Shown here: one piece after another, positions 61,341 through 64,000 of the stretch
How the letters are laid out: the number at the start of each line of letters is the position of its first letter
Numbering within the stretch: position 1 is the first letter of the stretch
Assembly (NCBI GenBank): GCA_907165135.1
Contig: OU015566.1
Span: 6,386,001-6,450,000, forward strand
Origin: Oikopleura dioica
Lineage: Eukaryota > Animalia > Chordata
Direction of reading: 5' to 3'
DNA: 64,000 bases
The notes under the pieces: model-generated
Database searches by the model: none
Seen by the model: only the letters and a program-made list of their open reading frames with translations
What the model was told of the DNA's origin: nothing
Made by a program: the position numbers and the translations under genes

Positions 61341-63822
61341 CTCGTCGTTGTTGTAGTGATCGTCCAAATCCTCTGGTCGGAAGAGCGAGTTTGTCAGCTC
61401 CTGTGAAAGTTGTATCGTTATCACTTTGTTTTCATCCAATTTCGTTTTTACCTGGGAGAGTCGTTTACGGATATCGTGGGGCTTATCTTCAGACATTCGG
61501 TACATCGTGGCAGCGGCATAGGTGGCGACGCACTCGTTTGCAGAGTGAAGGAGGGGTTGGAGGATAACAGTGGCGTTTTGAGCTTCGATTTGGTCGGCAG
61601 CTTCCTTATCAGTTGCGAGTTCGCACAAAAGACCAGCTAGAAAATTTATTGTAAATTTGAAACTACGTTTTTTGAAACATCTTAGAGAATGTCTTTCTTG
61701 AGAAAGCATATGATCTTACCTGCGCTTCGCTGCATATTCCCATTCGGAGAAGACAGGAATCGAACAACAGTTGGAATCACATTGGATTGTCGGATGAGCT
61801 GTCGATTCATTGGATCTCGCGCCAAGACGTGAAGTGCGCCAGTGGAACCTTCCGCTACATCTTCCGGGACAACTCCATCTTCGTCGTCATCTCGGTAGCC
61901 GCGGGACATCTCCCCGTCCGCTCGGAAAAGCAGCTCAATCAATTTCGGAATCGCTCCTGCGTCACGAAGATATTGCTGGTTTGCAGATCCGATGCCCAAG
62001 TTTCGGCAGAGGCCAATAACTGCCTTGACGAGTGGGTAGTGAGAGTCAGGGCCAAGGAGCTTCACGAGCGTTGGAATTCCATGTCGAACAGCTTCCTGTG
62101 CCGCCTTTGCTTGCTCATGTCGCGATGTCAAATGTCGCAGCGCGCAAATGGCCGGTTCGGTGATGTCATCCCGCTCGACAGCTTGGAGCATCGTTTGAAC
62201 AAGCGCCTGGACACCGCCAAAGTGGCAAACGAGGGCTTTGTTTCTCGCATTGTTGCAGGTCAAGTTTGAGAGGATTCCAACGCAGCACATGACGATTCCG
62301 ACATCGTTCGATTCCAAAAGCCGAACAGATCGCTGGAGCAAATCATCCAATCCTTCTTCCTTGGTCGCTTGATCAGAGAGATTTCGAAGCGTCCAGAGAC
62401 AGTTCATAACGACTCTGTTGGATGGATTATCCAACATTGCGCCGAGAATGTTCATTCCATTGCACTCGATAATCACTTGTTTATTCGAGGTCTCGACAGA
62501 AAGGACCTTCAACAAACGACACGTGGTAAATAGAAGCTTTTCATAATCGGCATTGTGCTGGAGAATGCGAATAAGCTGCTGGGTTCCGTGCTTTGAGACG
62601 ATAATGAGCTTCGATTCTTGGTGCTGAAAGGAGAGCATTTCCAAGCAATCAGTTAAAAGAGCGAGCATTCGAAGTGGAGCATTGTCCTTTGAGAGCAAAT
62701 CGACCATCTTTTGGACTCCACCAGCCAATCGGACGGCTCGTTTGGCGTCGTCTCCCTGGTGTTGGAGGATGTTGTGGAGTGTGGTGAGGGAGTAATGGAC
62801 CACTTTTTCGACGGGCGAAGAGAGCATCTTGACAAGAGCGGGAATTCCACCGGATCGGAAAATCGACAAGAGACCCTTTTTCGATCCAGAAATCGCTGTC
62901 AAAGTACCAGCCAAGGCCTTGACGGTTTCAGGGTCGTCGTTGGTCGTGAGGACCTTGACGATGGCGGGGATGAGATCGGGACTTTCAATGAGCGCATGTC
63001 GCGGGGCTTCTTTTTTCGCAAGTTGGAAAACGGTGCCAGCTGCTTGTCGAGCGACGCCGCGGTCAGGATCTTGCAACAGCTTTTTATTGGGTTGTCAATT
63101 TGAATTTGAAAGACGCAGAAAAAAAGATGCAGCAAGTAGACTTTCAAAGTCGTAATTTATTAATGAACCCTTGCCTTAATTAGTTCCGGAATGGCAATGG
63201 CGGTTACATCGACATCATCCTTGTAGTGGATCAGCATGACAATGGCCTCCTTGAGCAGTTGGCTCGGCTGGGCAAGCTTTTGAACACAGGTGGCCTCTCC
63301 AGTTTCGTACTGAGTCGAAACAAAGCTCGATCCGTCGTCAAGAGTTTCGGGAAACATGGCAGCCCGGATCCGATCCGCTCGTGTTCTCACCATGTCTCTG
63401 TTTAGGTCAGAAACCTAAATTGGAAAATTTCAAAAAGGTCAAAATGGATATTTTTAAATCTGTGTGAAAATGGTCACGGGTGAGGGAACTCGTGCGCGGG
63501 GCTTCGAAAGATGAAACTAATTAACGGCAATTTGAGCTTGATTGATGGAGAATTTTGAATAAACGAAAGGGGGGAGATTGTTTTAGAGCGAAATAAAGAC
63601 CATAATGTCCCGATAAATATCATTTTTATTTAGTTTTTTTATCAAAAAATGAATGAAAAACGTAATCTATCCTCCTTTACAGCACGATGTGTACCGTCAA
63701 TAATTTTTCTATTTAATAAATTAATTAAATCTCAATTCAAAAACAAACTTTTTGAAGAAGAAATATTGATTTACCTGTTCATTCGCATACTCATGTTGCC
63801 ACTCTTCAAACACCTGTCCCAT
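61341..63822 (-). CDS. CTNNB1: Beta-catenin/armadillo family protein; exons 63822-63775, 63414-63175, 63079-61720, 61636-61452, 61400-61341 (a last exon near 61261 is uncertain)
   Basis: [68 protein letters not shown] and [19 protein letters not shown] align to beta-catenin. Intron 63174-63080 is GC-AG. Confidence 0.93.
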
Positions 63823-64000
63823 TGTTCTTCAATATTTACTGACAGCTTCTTCTGATTTCTCCTTCTGTAAATATACTTTCTATTTCGTAGCTAATTGAGC
63901 AAACTGAGGCTCCCTCTTTGAGCTTTTAGCGTGCGTGAATGGGGAGTAAGTGTCAAAACGCGCGGGAGCGAACCCAAAACTCGCTGTAGCTCTATCTATT

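Overview
AT-rich eukaryotic genomic DNA with very short introns (about 35-60 nt) and lineage-specific secreted proteins. The style fits the larvacean tunicate Oikopleura (inference from gene style; no database search was run). Recognisable genes: a beta-catenin/armadillo gene (minus strand, 61.3-63.8 kb) whose reconstructed first exon appears to lack the GSK3/CK1 phosphodegron; a giant Thr-mucin / C-type lectin / LamG-like protein (21-25.9 kb); a two-domain trypsin-family protease with one degenerate and one active domain; a coiled-coil C3HGC3 RING protein; a C2H2 zinc-finger protein; a small CaaX protein; a galaxin-like Cys-rich secreted protein; and several small orphan genes. The 42.5-61.2 kb region is a complex duplication: copy A, a 5.4 kb spacer bracketed by inverted hairpins and holding gene fragments, a diverged partial copy B, and a near-identical copy C. 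The window holds many non-autonomous DNA transposons: two hAT-type elements with perfect 8-bp TSDs, TTAA-target piggyBac-like and Kolobok-like MITEs, a TA-target MITE and a multi-copy palindromic MITE. One hAT element carries an 11-unit hairpin tandem array with period-3 higher-order structure, G4 motifs and a nested MITE. I found no transposase, rRNA, tRNA or CRISPR array.
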